From contig CACFZQ010000001.1 of assembly GCA_902570835.1 (NCBI GenBank), forward strand, positions 1 through 50,131: a stretch of DNA of 50,131 nucleotides, given 5' to 3'. Both the position numbers and the translations under genes were made by a program. The stretch comes from an uncultured Pelagibacteraceae bacterium (lineage in GTDB: Bacteria; Pseudomonadota; Alphaproteobacteria; Pelagibacterales; Pelagibacteraceae). The notes beneath the pieces are model-generated. The model saw only the letters and a list, made by a program, of their open reading frames with translations. It was not told where the DNA came from and did no database searches. Positions 20,757 to 29,645 of this stretch are shown here, piece after piece. The first letter of the stretch is position 1. Each line of letters opens with the position of its first letter.

Positions 20757-21830
20757 ATGGATAAAAATAAGTACCTGGTACTTTTACCTGGTATTATTCT
20801 TGCGTTTGTTCTTTATACACTTTCTCAAGGTTTTAATAATATTATTGGCACTGAGTTATTAGGATATGAAAAAAGTCCCATATCCACTGCAATGATTGCA
20901 ATCCTTTTAGGAATATTCTTTGGAAATGTTTTTAGTATTAGGGAAAGCTTTGTAAGAGGTTTAGATTTTACTCAAAAAAATATATTAAAACTTGGAATAA
21001 TTTGCTTAGGTATTCAATTAAAACCTTTTGAGTTTCTAGAATTTAGTGCAATTGCTATTCCTTTAATAGTAATTTGTATCATAAGTGTATTGGTAGTCAT
21101 TAAACTTTTAATCAATAAATTAAAGATTCCTAGAAATATGGCTTATCTAATTTCTATCGGAAGCACAGTATGTGGAACAACAGCCATCATGGCAACTGCT
21201 CCTGTTATTGGTGCCAAAAAAAATGAGATATCCTATGCAATTGCGAACATCACTTTGTTTGGAATTCTCTCAATGTTGATCTATCCATACTTTGCAAATT
21301 TTTATTTTAATGGTGAACCACTTCTAATCGGTTTGTTTTTAGGAACTTCAATACATGAAACAGCGCAAGTAGCAGCTGCTGGATTGATCTATGATCAGCA
21401 ATTCAATAGTCCAGAGACTTTAAATGTAGCAACAGTTACTAAACTAATCAGAAATACTTTTTTGATTATTATGATACCCTTGTTTGCGTATCTTTATAAC
21501 AGAGGCCAATCTAAAGAAAAAAAATACTCAATAATTGATATTTTTCCCTATTTTGTAATTGGATTTGTTGCAATGATTATTGTTCGAAATGTTGGTGATC
21601 AAATTTTTATTACAAACAATAGTGAAATTTGGCTTAGCACTGTAGATAGCATTAAATCTTTATCAAAAATATTTCTCACAATGGCAATGGCAGCAATTGG
21701 TATCTCTACAAATTTAAGAGATATAAAAAGTATGGGTTACAAACCTTTTGTGGTTGGATTTGTTGGAATGGCTACTGTTGGAATTGTTTGTTTAGGTACG
21801 ATTGAATTGTATCTTTACTTTTTAAATTAA
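20757..21830 (+). CDS. YeiH / putative sulfate-sulfite exporter (SuyZ/TauZ-like)
   Basis: GSTVCGTTAIMAT, GTSIHETAQVAAAG, ATVTKLIRN motifs; directly follows suyAB. Confidence 0.88.
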   Translation: MDKNKYLVLLPGIILAFVLYTLSQGFNNIIGTELLGYEKSPISTAMIAILLGIFFGNVFSIRESFVRGLDFTQKNILKLGIICLGIQLKPFEFLEFSAIAIPLIVICIISVLVVIKLLINKLKIPRNMAYLISIGSTVCGTTAIMATAPVIGAKKNEISYAIANITLFGILSMLIYPYFANFYFNGEPLLIGLFLGTSIHETAQVAAAGLIYDQQFNSPETLNVATVTKLIRNTFLIIMIPLFAYLYNRGQSKEKKYSIIDIFPYFVIGFVAMIIVRNVGDQIFITNNSEIWLSTVDSIKSLSKIFLTMAMAAIGISTNLRDIKSMGYKPFVVGFVGMATVGIVCLGTIELYLYFLN

Positions 21831-22906
21831 GATTTCAATAACATTTGTTTTCTAAACTTTGAAATAAATCTTCTTATAAACGCAGCAGCTACACCTAAAA
21901 ATATTGCAAACATAATTGTAAATAATCCATAAAAGAAAGGCATCTCTTTAGAAAAATCAATTATAAATTGAGAAAAGAAATTTAATTCAGAACTAGTTAC
22001 TTTAGTTGCTCCATTTATAATTTTTTCTGCAAAAAAAGTATCGTATGCTATTGCTATACCTACAATAAGTAATAAAATTGCTAATAAAGCTCTTAAACCA
22101 GAGCTATTGATTCTTTCTCCTAATTTTTGCCCAACCTGAACTCCTATGATAGATCCTACAACCAACATAAGAACTAGTAATAAATCTATAGATCCATAAT
22201 TAAAAGAATGAAGAAAAGTAACAACTACACTTACAAAAATTGTTACAAACAATGATGTACCAGGAACTAATTTAGTAGGCATTTTAATTATATAAATCAT
22301 TGCTGGAACTAAAATAAACGCACCTCCTATTCCCATGATGGCTGCGATAAAACCAACTAATAAACCAATTATAATTGGAGTAAAAATACTCTCATATAAT
22401 TTAGACTTTGGAAATCTCATTCTTAATGGAAGACCATGTATCCAATAATGAACATGTAATTTTTTTTTAACTACGATGTTTCTTTTGGCTTTTTCTATTT
22501 CACCCAAACTTTCAACAAGCATTAAGGTTCCAATTATTGCTAATATATACATATAAGCCAGAGAGATAACTGTATCAATTTTCCCAATACCTTTGAAATA
22601 TGTAAATGTGTAAATTCCTAAAGAAGTTCCAATTACACCTCCAATCACAATCATTGAACCCATTTTATAATCTAAAGTATTTTTTAAATAATGTGTCGTA
22701 GATCCAGAAACTGAAGTAGCTAAAATATTATTTGCTTCATTTGCAACCGCATAAGCAGGGGGAATTCCTAAAAAAATTAAAAAAGGTGTCATTAAAAAAC
22801 CACCACCTACTCCAAACAATCCGGAGAGAACACCAACTATTGCACTTAAAATTAGGATTTCTATCGGATTAACAAAGACTTGAGCGATGGGTAAAAATAC
22901 ATCCAT
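21827..22906 (-). CDS. TauE/SafE-family sulfite exporter
   Basis: Duplicated SGLFGVGGGFLMTP / AAIMGIGGAFILVP motifs, GTSLF. Confidence 0.9.
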   Translation of the reverse strand: MDVFLPIAQVFVNPIEILILSAIVGVLSGLFGVGGGFLMTPFLIFLGIPPAYAVANEANNILATSVSGSTTHYLKNTLDYKMGSMIVIGGVIGTSLGIYTFTYFKGIGKIDTVISLAYMYILAIIGTLMLVESLGEIEKAKRNIVVKKKLHVHYWIHGLPLRMRFPKSKLYESIFTPIIIGLLVGFIAAIMGIGGAFILVPAMIYIIKMPTKLVPGTSLFVTIFVSVVVTFLHSFNYGSIDLLLVLMLVVGSIIGVQVGQKLGERINSSGLRALLAILLLIVGIAIAYDTFFAEKIINGATKVTSSELNFFSQFIIDFSKEMPFFYGLFTIMFAIFLGVAAAFIRRFISKFRKQMLLKS

Positions 22907-22934
22907 TTAAATAAATAAATTGTCTAAAAACAAC

Positions 22935-23069
22935 TTAGCTAAAAGTAATAAAAGTTCCAACTATAATAACCCCCCAATAAGCAACTAGGCTTAAAAATAT
23001 ACCTGTTTTCATCAAAGAAACTTTTAAGCTAGTTAGTTTATTGAAAATTTTTACGTTAGAAATTTGCAT
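22935..23069 (-). CDS. Small (44 aa) putative single-pass membrane protein
   Basis: Hand-translated: MQISNVKIFNKLTSLKVSLMKTGIFLSLVAYWGVIIVGTFITFS*. It fills an otherwise unusually long gap. Confidence 0.55.
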   Translation of the reverse strand: MQISNVKIFNKLTSLKVSLMKTGIFLSLVAYWGVIIVGTFITFS

Positions 23070-23135
23070 TAAGTGCGTCAATACACCCAGAAAACAAATT
23101 GTCAAATATTATTTTAAAATTTGATAAATTTTTTT

Positions 23136-23486
23136 TTAATAGATGGTAGCACCAAAAACTTTAACCACATCATCCTCAACGCCTAAAACTAACCTCCCCA
23201 AAAATTCTCCTGGGATTTCTTTATTGGTCTGTTTTATCAGAACAGTTATATGCTCTCCTCTTCTAAGGCATCCAAAAGGCTCAAATGTTTCATGAAGATT
23301 TGTAATAAGCTTATTGTTAGCCCATTGTTTTCCAAGCTCTACCTCATTAGCTCCAAAAAGCATCTGAGTTGAAAAATCTCTTGTAAATCCACCATAATCT
23401 TTAAGGTTTGACGATTTTACTAGATTGAACCAAATTGGCTTAGCCAACTCATATATTTCATCATCTTTTTTTGATAAAATATCCAT
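23136..23486 (-). CDS. Hypothetical protein (116 aa) downstream of aprA
   Basis: Clean ORF co-oriented with aprMBA; alpha+beta pattern suggestive of an NTF2-like fold (inference). Confidence 0.75.
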   Translation of the reverse strand: MDILSKKDDEIYELAKPIWFNLVKSSNLKDYGGFTRDFSTQMLFGANEVELGKQWANNKLITNLHETFEPFGCLRRGEHITVLIKQTNKEIPGEFLGRLVLGVEDDVVKVFGATIY

Positions 23487-23513
23487 AACTTATCTAATTA
23501 TAATTAAAGTATC

Positions 23514-25373
23514 TTAAGAAGCTTTTTTCTTCTCGTTCTCATCCACTATGTGGTAGACAGGAACCTTCTCCATACTAAATTTACCAGTTTTTGGATCTCT
23601 TCTAGAAACAGTCAAACAATGCCAATTGTCATCATCAAGTTTCATATGATCACCTCTATAATAGTATCCTGGCCATCTAGTTTCTTCTCTAAACATAGTA
23701 TGCTCTGTTACACATTGAGAAGTTAAAGCTCTATGTTTTAGCTCCCATGCTCTCATAAGCTGGTGATAATCTTCAGCACCAACGTTCTCAAGATCTTCTT
23801 CTAACCAAGCAAGCAACTCTAGACCTCTTTTTAGCATATTTGCATTAGTCATATAATTAGTAGCTATTCCGCCTACATATTCGTCCATAATTCTTTGTAA
23901 ACGCTGTAATCCTTGAATTGGAGAAATATAACTAGGTGAAACTGTTCCGCCAGTTATTTCGTTTTGTGCAACAGTGTAATTTTCTAAAGGTTTGTAAACT
24001 TTAGCCTTAAAATCCTCGCATTGTTTATCTGAAACGTTCAAACCTTCAGCTTTCTGGTCTTCAATATATTTAACAGCTGCTTTTGCTGCTAATCTTCCCT
24101 CAGTGAAAGATCCAGATGAGAACTTGTGAGCACTACCACCAACTGTATCTCCAGCACCAAACAAACCATCAATAGTAAGCATTCTGTTGTAACCCCAGAA
24201 ATATTCTGGTGGAGATAAATCCTCAGGACCACTTACCCAAGCTCCTGAACAAGTAGCATGTGAACCCATAACATAAGGCTCAGAAGTTGTTAATTCTGGG
24301 TTTGTATATTTTGGATCAATATTTTGAGATGCCCAAACAACGGCTTGACCAACAGTCATTCCTAAGAAATTCTCCCATCCAACTGTCTCTAAGTGTGGGT
24401 CTTGGAATGCTTCAGTTGTAACCATTTGTATTGGTCCACCACCTGCCATAGTTTCTTGTATAAATGCATGGTTTCTTAAACAAGTCGGTGTCGGGTGATG
24501 ATCAATATATTCTCCAACTAATTCTTTAGTTTGATCGTACCATTTCTTTTCATAATTTTCCCCGTTAGCATTCTGAGTATAAGTTTTTAAATGCAAGAAA
24601 TAGGCTCCAACTGGACCATAACCATCTTTAAATCTACATAACACAATTCTATTTTCCATTTGAGTCATTTTAGCCCCAGCAGCAATCGGAAGTGCATAAG
24701 CTGAACCGTTACTCCAAGGAGCATACCAAGTTCTACCCATTCCTTCACCAACTGCTCTTGGTTTGAAGATATGAGAAGCACCACCAGCTGCAACTATTAC
24801 AGCTTTTGCTCTAAAAACATGGAAATCACCTGTTCTCATGTTAAAGCCAACAGCACCACCAACTCTATTTTCTTGCGCCTCATCCATCAAAAGATGAGTA
24901 ATCATTATTCTATTATAAATTTTGTCAGCAGATTTTTTTGCAGCCTCAGCAACAATAGGTTTATAACTTTCACCATGTATCATGATCTGCCACTTACCTT
25001 CTCTAAGGTATCTTCCGGTTTGCTCATTTTTCATCATTGGAAGACCCCATTCATCAAACATGTGAACAGTGGAGTCTACGTGTCTTGCCATGTCGTAACC
25101 TAAATCTTCTCTAACCATTCCCATTAAGTCATTTCTTGCATATCTAACATGGTCTTCAGGTTGATTTTCTCCCCATTGCATTCCCATATAACAATTGATT
25201 GCGTAAAGGCCTTGAGCAACAGCTCCACTTCTATCTATGTTTGCTTTTTCTACACAAACAATTTTCATATCTCTTCCCCAGTGTCTAGCTTCGAACGTAG
25301 CACCTGTTCCAGCCATACCACCACCAACAACTAATATATCGCAATCTTCGTAATGTGTCTTATGTCTAGCCAT
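23514..25373 (-). CDS. aprA: Adenylylsulfate (APS) reductase alpha subunit
   Basis: RSGAVAQGLYAINCY, WQIMIHGESYKP, EGMGRTWYAPW, GSAHKFSSGSFTEGR, REETRWPGYYYR. Confidence 0.97.
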   Translation of the reverse strand: MARHKTHYEDCDILVVGGGMAGTGATFEARHWGRDMKIVCVEKANIDRSGAVAQGLYAINCYMGMQWGENQPEDHVRYARNDLMGMVREDLGYDMARHVDSTVHMFDEWGLPMMKNEQTGRYLREGKWQIMIHGESYKPIVAEAAKKSADKIYNRIMITHLLMDEAQENRVGGAVGFNMRTGDFHVFRAKAVIVAAGGASHIFKPRAVGEGMGRTWYAPWSNGSAYALPIAAGAKMTQMENRIVLCRFKDGYGPVGAYFLHLKTYTQNANGENYEKKWYDQTKELVGEYIDHHPTPTCLRNHAFIQETMAGGGPIQMVTTEAFQDPHLETVGWENFLGMTVGQAVVWASQNIDPKYTNPELTTSEPYVMGSHATCSGAWVSGPEDLSPPEYFWGYNRMLTIDGLFGAGDTVGGSAHKFSSGSFTEGRLAAKAAVKYIEDQKAEGLNVSDKQCEDFKAKVYKPLENYTVAQNEITGGTVSPSYISPIQGLQRLQRIMDEYVGGIATNYMTNANMLKRGLELLAWLEEDLENVGAEDYHQLMRAWELKHRALTSQCVTEHTMFREETRWPGYYYRGDHMKLDDDNWHCLTVSRRDPKTGKFSMEKVPVYHIVDENEKKKAS

Positions 25374-25843
25374 TAGTAGTAAACTCCTTTTTTAAACGAC
25401 TCTTTTGGTACTGATGGTAATTCACCATCAATATTTAAACCTTCTGGCTCAGTATAAAGTCTTTGTGAATTAATCTCACCTTGGTTTGGTTTGTCACCTT
25501 CAGCAAGTTTTGGAATAAATTTACCCCATGGTTTTGTAGTAATTGGAGAAACGAAGTTTTTCTCTGTTCCATTTCTAAACTTGATTTTCCATGAGATTGT
25601 TCCTTTTTCTTCTTCTCTTCTAACTCTAACGCTATGACCCATAGGAGCAAAATCAGCATAACCTCTTACATCAATTGCATGATTTGGGCATGCTTTTACA
25701 CATGAATAACATTCCCAACAAAAGTTAGGTTCAATATTTTTTGCACGTCTGATATTTTCATCTATGTGCATTATATCTGATGGACAAATATCCACACAGT
25801 GACCACAGCCATCACATCTTGTCATGTATACGAAAGTTGACAT
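25373..25843 (-). CDS. aprB: Adenylylsulfate reductase beta subunit (2x[4Fe-4S])
   Basis: CDGCGHCVDICPSD and CWECYSCVKACP, IDVRGYADF. Confidence 0.97.
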   Translation of the reverse strand: MSTFVYMTRCDGCGHCVDICPSDIMHIDENIRRAKNIEPNFCWECYSCVKACPNHAIDVRGYADFAPMGHSVRVRREEEKGTISWKIKFRNGTEKNFVSPITTKPWGKFIPKLAEGDKPNQGEINSQRLYTEPEGLNIDGELPSVPKESFKKGVYY

Positions 25844-25876
25844 AGTTATTTATTCTCCTTTTTTAATTTCATCATA

Positions 25877-26671
25877 TTAATAGTGTTTAGGTTGTTCTCT
25901 TTTAATACCTAAACCAAACTGTTCAGGCGCGTCAGCAGGAGGTGGTAAGTTATCTCGAGAACCATCTGCTTCTGCTAAGTTTTTTTGTATTGCTGCACCA
26001 GGTTTATAAAACATGTGTGCAAATTTAGACCAATAAACTCCTCCAAATAAAACTAAATTTGAAAGAACAAATAAAGTCAAAAATAAATAAGATAATCCAG
26101 CTTGGCCGTTAGACTGAGTGTAAGACCACAACAAACCAAAAGTTGAACAAGCTAATAAAGCTAAAACAAATAAATCAGCTTTAATTATTCTGTACCAAGG
26201 ATGGGCTTCCGCAGATACATCAACTCTTAAAAAAAACCAAAACCAATAACCACCAACACATGTAAGTATTGCACCTACATGCCAAACCATAGACCAGGTA
26301 GATGAAGTTGGTTTATCAGCTCCTGTATAACAAAATACTAAAACTGCTGATGCAACCCAAAATAATATTGTTCCATACATACCAAGAACATGTGCAAGTC
26401 TTCTTTTTCCAAATCCAAGTTCTGCAGTTGTGCCGATATCATAAACTGTTGTCTTTGCGATAATTGAAGCTCTTTCTCCTGAACTCAATTCCTTAACAGC
26501 ATTAGCTTTTGCTTTTTTGGCATTATTAAAAAAATAAGTAACATTTTTGTGAACAATCATTTGAATTATTGTTCCAGCTGCAATCAAAATTACCATAGCA
26601 ATTATGAAGCTTTGCATTGCAAAAGGTGAAACTGTTTCAGCTAAAATTGAAAAAGGATTTGTAGATAACAT
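25877..26671 (-). CDS. aprM: APS reductase membrane anchor
   Basis: Multi-pass protein with RRLAHVLGMYG and WSKFAHMFYKPGAA motifs directly upstream of aprB. Confidence 0.93.
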   Translation of the reverse strand: MLSTNPFSILAETVSPFAMQSFIIAMVILIAAGTIIQMIVHKNVTYFFNNAKKAKANAVKELSSGERASIIAKTTVYDIGTTAELGFGKRRLAHVLGMYGTILFWVASAVLVFCYTGADKPTSSTWSMVWHVGAILTCVGGYWFWFFLRVDVSAEAHPWYRIIKADLFVLALLACSTFGLLWSYTQSNGQAGLSYLFLTLFVLSNLVLFGGVYWSKFAHMFYKPGAAIQKNLAEADGSRDNLPPPADAPEQFGLGIKREQPKHY

Positions 26672-26769
26672 AATTTTTAATTATTTAAAAAGTTAGTTTG
26701 AGATTTTCTAATCTAGTTGAATAAAGAGTTCAACCAAAACTATTGGTCAATATTGTCATTAATAACAAC

Positions 26770-27168
26770 TTACGGTTTACGTTTGTAATGTTGCTTATTA
26801 GGAATTACTGATCTTACCCCACCTTGAGGGTTATAAACATCACCCTCCCTTCTTGGTATCAAATGTATATGACAATGCATTATAGATTGACCTGCAATTT
26901 TTCCAGCATTTGTCCCAATATTAAATCCTTTTACATTAACATCTTTTCTTAAAATTTCATTTTTAACTATTTGGATAAGATCATTACATGCAATCAATTC
27001 ATCATTTGTCATGTCAAAATAATCTTTAATATGTCGCTTAGGAATTATTAAACAGTGATGAACTGAAACAGGATAAGAGTCGTAACTTGCATAAGCAAGA
27101 TCGTTTTCATGAGCAATACCACTTTTTTTTGAATCACAGAATAAACAGGGGTTGTTTGGATCTCTCAT
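26770..27168 (-). CDS. HIT-family nucleotide hydrolase/transferase
   Basis: CLFC, YPVSVHHCLIIPKRH, GFNIGTNAGKIAGQSIMHCHIHLIPR (HxHxH triad). Confidence 0.93.
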   Translation of the reverse strand: MRDPNNPCLFCDSKKSGIAHENDLAYASYDSYPVSVHHCLIIPKRHIKDYFDMTNDELIACNDLIQIVKNEILRKDVNVKGFNIGTNAGKIAGQSIMHCHIHLIPRREGDVYNPQGGVRSVIPNKQHYKRKP

Positions 27169-27170
27169 AT

Positions 27171-27914
27171 TTAAATTAGAGTATTATATATTTTGCCAAG
27201 TTTATTAAAGGAAACATTATTTCGACTTTTCCATTTTAATTCATCTATTTTTGAGACTGATGTAACACCCTTGCCTGATCCAATAAGAATTATTTCCTCA
27301 TAATCATTAATTTCTTTAATTGATATATCTTTATAATTAATTTTAACTTTTTTACTTATAAACTTAAGTGTATTTCCAAAATAACAATTTACTTTTGGAG
27401 AAAATATTTTTCCATTTTTAACAAAGACTAAATTTGAAGTACCAGTCTCTAAAATTTTATTATTTGCAACTAAAGCAATATCAAATTTAGAAGAGTCAAC
27501 TTTACTAAGTTTTGCTAAAATTCTTTTGTAATAAAGATTTTTATAATTTGGCTCAATTCTTTTATATCTAAATAATAAAAGACTAAAATTTTTTTTAAGT
27601 TTAGGTCTTTTTCTTATGGATACAGATATTAGTTTTTTATTTAAAGCAATTCGAAATAAATTGTCAGGACCTTTGTAGAGTTTATTTTTCTTAATTAGAT
27701 CTAAAATAATACTTTTTAAATTTTTTTTTCTTATACCATATTTTTTTGTAGATTTTATTAATTTTTCAATATGAGGTTTTAGCAGTATTAACTTAGAAGA
27801 AGTTCCAACCATCCGCATTGTTGTAAATACACCTCTAGACCCCCAAAGGTCTTTAAAAGGAACTTCTTTAAGATTGCTAAGCTGATAAGATTTTTTTAAT
27901 AAGAGTGTTGCCAT
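27171..27914 (-). CDS. pabC: Class IV aminotransferase-like protein, probable 4-amino-4-deoxychorismate lyase
   Basis: GVFTTMR, HIEKL, NYKNLYY, ILETGTSNLVF; in an operon with pabA and pabB. Confidence 0.75.
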   Translation of the reverse strand: MATLLLKKSYQLSNLKEVPFKDLWGSRGVFTTMRMVGTSSKLILLKPHIEKLIKSTKKYGIRKKNLKSIILDLIKKNKLYKGPDNLFRIALNKKLISVSIRKRPKLKKNFSLLLFRYKRIEPNYKNLYYKRILAKLSKVDSSKFDIALVANNKILETGTSNLVFVKNGKIFSPKVNCYFGNTLKFISKKVKINYKDISIKEINDYEEIILIGSGKGVTSVSKIDELKWKSRNNVSFNKLGKIYNTLI

Positions 27915-28434
27915 TTTCTGTTAAAAAAGATTCTGGATGAAATTGAAATCCGTATATTTTGTTTTGATTATCCTCAAGGCCCATTGGTATTTTTGTTTTA
28001 CTACATCTCATAGTTATTTTAATGGAATTTGATTTAAATGGCTCCATTAATTTTAATGAATGATATCTTCCTACATTAAACTGTTGATTGTTTTTAAAAA
28101 TTTTACTTTGATTATTTGTTTTTATTTTAGACTGAAAACCATGGTAAATTTTTTTTTGTTGTATTATTTTGCCTCCCTCATTATGTAAAATCATTTGATA
28201 TCCAAGACAAATACCAATAATTTTTTTCTTTCCTTTGTATTTTTTATAAATTTTTGCAGTAGTGGGATAATCCTTTGGTGATCCAGGTCCTGGAGATAAA
28301 ACAATCACATTACTTTTATCTAGCAATCTTTCATTTACTTCATAATAGTTTGAGCAAATTACTTTATCAAATTTTGCAAATTGATGAACAACATTCCAAG
28401 TGAAAGAGTCTTGATGATCAATTATGTAAATCAT
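27877..28434 (-). CDS. pabA: Aminodeoxychorismate/anthranilate synthase component II (glutamine amidotransferase)
   Basis: IDHQDSFTWN, LSPGPGSP, GICLGYQ, GRYHSL, QFHPES. Confidence 0.88.
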   Translation of the reverse strand: MIYIIDHQDSFTWNVVHQFAKFDKVICSNYYEVNERLLDKSNVIVLSPGPGSPKDYPTTAKIYKKYKGKKKIIGICLGYQMILHNEGGKIIQQKKIYHGFQSKIKTNNQSKIFKNNQQFNVGRYHSLKLMEPFKSNSIKITMRCSKTKIPMGLEDNQNKIYGFQFHPESFLTENGNTLIKKILSA

Positions 28435-29645
28435 TTAAATAGCTCCAATAAAGATTTTGCTTTAATATAATTTTCGTTAAATTCTTTTTTTGGTGAGCTA
28501 TCCAGCACCACTCCAGACGCAGCTGAAATCTCTGATTGATTTTTATAATTTAATATAGACCTAATTATAATATTAAACTTCATATCTTGGTTAAATTTAA
28601 TAAAACCAAAACTCCCTGTGAAAATATTTCTACTTTCTTTTTCTTGATTATTTAAAAGTTCTAAAGTTCTAATTTTAGGACAACCAATTACAGATCCACC
28701 TGGCATCATTGCTTTAATAATATCAATCAATCTAGTATTTTTATTTAATATTCCGCCAATTGAAGTCACATAATGAAAAAGATGCTTATATTCCTCAACA
28801 TATTTTTTTTTAAGTATTTTTACACTTCCAGGTTTACAAATTTTGGATAAATCACTTCTTTCCATATCAACTATCATGTTGTGTTCTTTTGTTTCTTTCT
28901 CATTATTTTTAAAATACTTAAGAGCTATATTTTTATTTGATAATAATTTCTTCTTAAAGGTACCAGCTATTGGTTTAGTAATTATTTTATTTTTTTTCTT
29001 ATCTATTAATGTTTCGGGAGAACAGCTTACTATAGAGTAATCCTTATCTTTAATCATAAATGACTCTGGTGAAGAATTGACTCGCATTAATTTCCAAAAA
29101 AAATTAACAGGATTGATTAAAGATTTATTCTTATATTTTGTGCAAATTTTAATTTGATAGGTCTCTCCTTGTCTTATTTTTTTTGAAAATAATTCAAATA
29201 TTTTTTTATATTTTGCGTAAGAAATATTAATCTTGAAAGGACTTAGTATTTGAGTTTTATTAAATTGATAAGTGAAGGTGTGTTTTTTGATATTAGATAT
29301 AACTTTAATATCATTTCTAATTTTAATTATTGTCTCAGGTTTATAAAAAATTCCTTTATAAAAATTTATTCTTTTTTTATTTTTTAAATTAATACCAATT
29401 AAATTACATAAAATTTCATAACCAAAAAAACCAAGATATAAATCTGTTTCTTTTTTAAACTTTTTTTTCTCGATGGAATTAAGAAATTTATGTATATTTT
29501 TTTTTGTTAAAATGATCTTTTTAGAAAAATCAGTACAAATATTGTATCCACCATCTACTTTATAAATTATTAAAGGCTTATCTGATTGATACAGATCCTC
29601 TAAGTAAGGGTTGAATTTAAGCTTATGCTGGCTGTGTTCTTTCAA
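28431..29645 (-). CDS. pabB: Chorismate-binding enzyme, aminodeoxychorismate synthase component I
   Basis: GETYQI, SCSPETL, KPIAGT, KEHNMIVDMERSDL, PGGSVIGCPKIR; exact start uncertain. Confidence 0.85.
   Translation of the reverse strand: MKEHSQHKLKFNPYLEDLYQSDKPLIIYKVDGGYNICTDFSKKIILTKKNIHKFLNSIEKKKFKKETDLYLGFFGYEILCNLIGINLKNKKRINFYKGIFYKPETIIKIRNDIKVISNIKKHTFTYQFNKTQILSPFKINISYAKYKKIFELFSKKIRQGETYQIKICTKYKNKSLINPVNFFWKLMRVNSSPESFMIKDKDYSIVSCSPETLIDKKKNKIITKPIAGTFKKKLLSNKNIALKYFKNNEKETKEHNMIVDMERSDLSKICKPGSVKILKKKYVEEYKHLFHYVTSIGGILNKNTRLIDIIKAMMPGGSVIGCPKIRTLELLNNQEKESRNIFTGSFGFIKFNQDMKFNIIIRSILNYKNQSEISAASGVVLDSSPKKEFNENYIKAKSLLELFK

Noticed and set aside
23514-25843. aprBA as evidence for dissimilatory or assimilatory sulfate reduction
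   Set aside because: The aprM anchor and the absence of sat, qmo and dsr in the window indicate the oxidative type.
28431-29645. Assignment as trpE/trpG
   Set aside because: Linked to a PabC-like gene, and no trp genes are adjacent.
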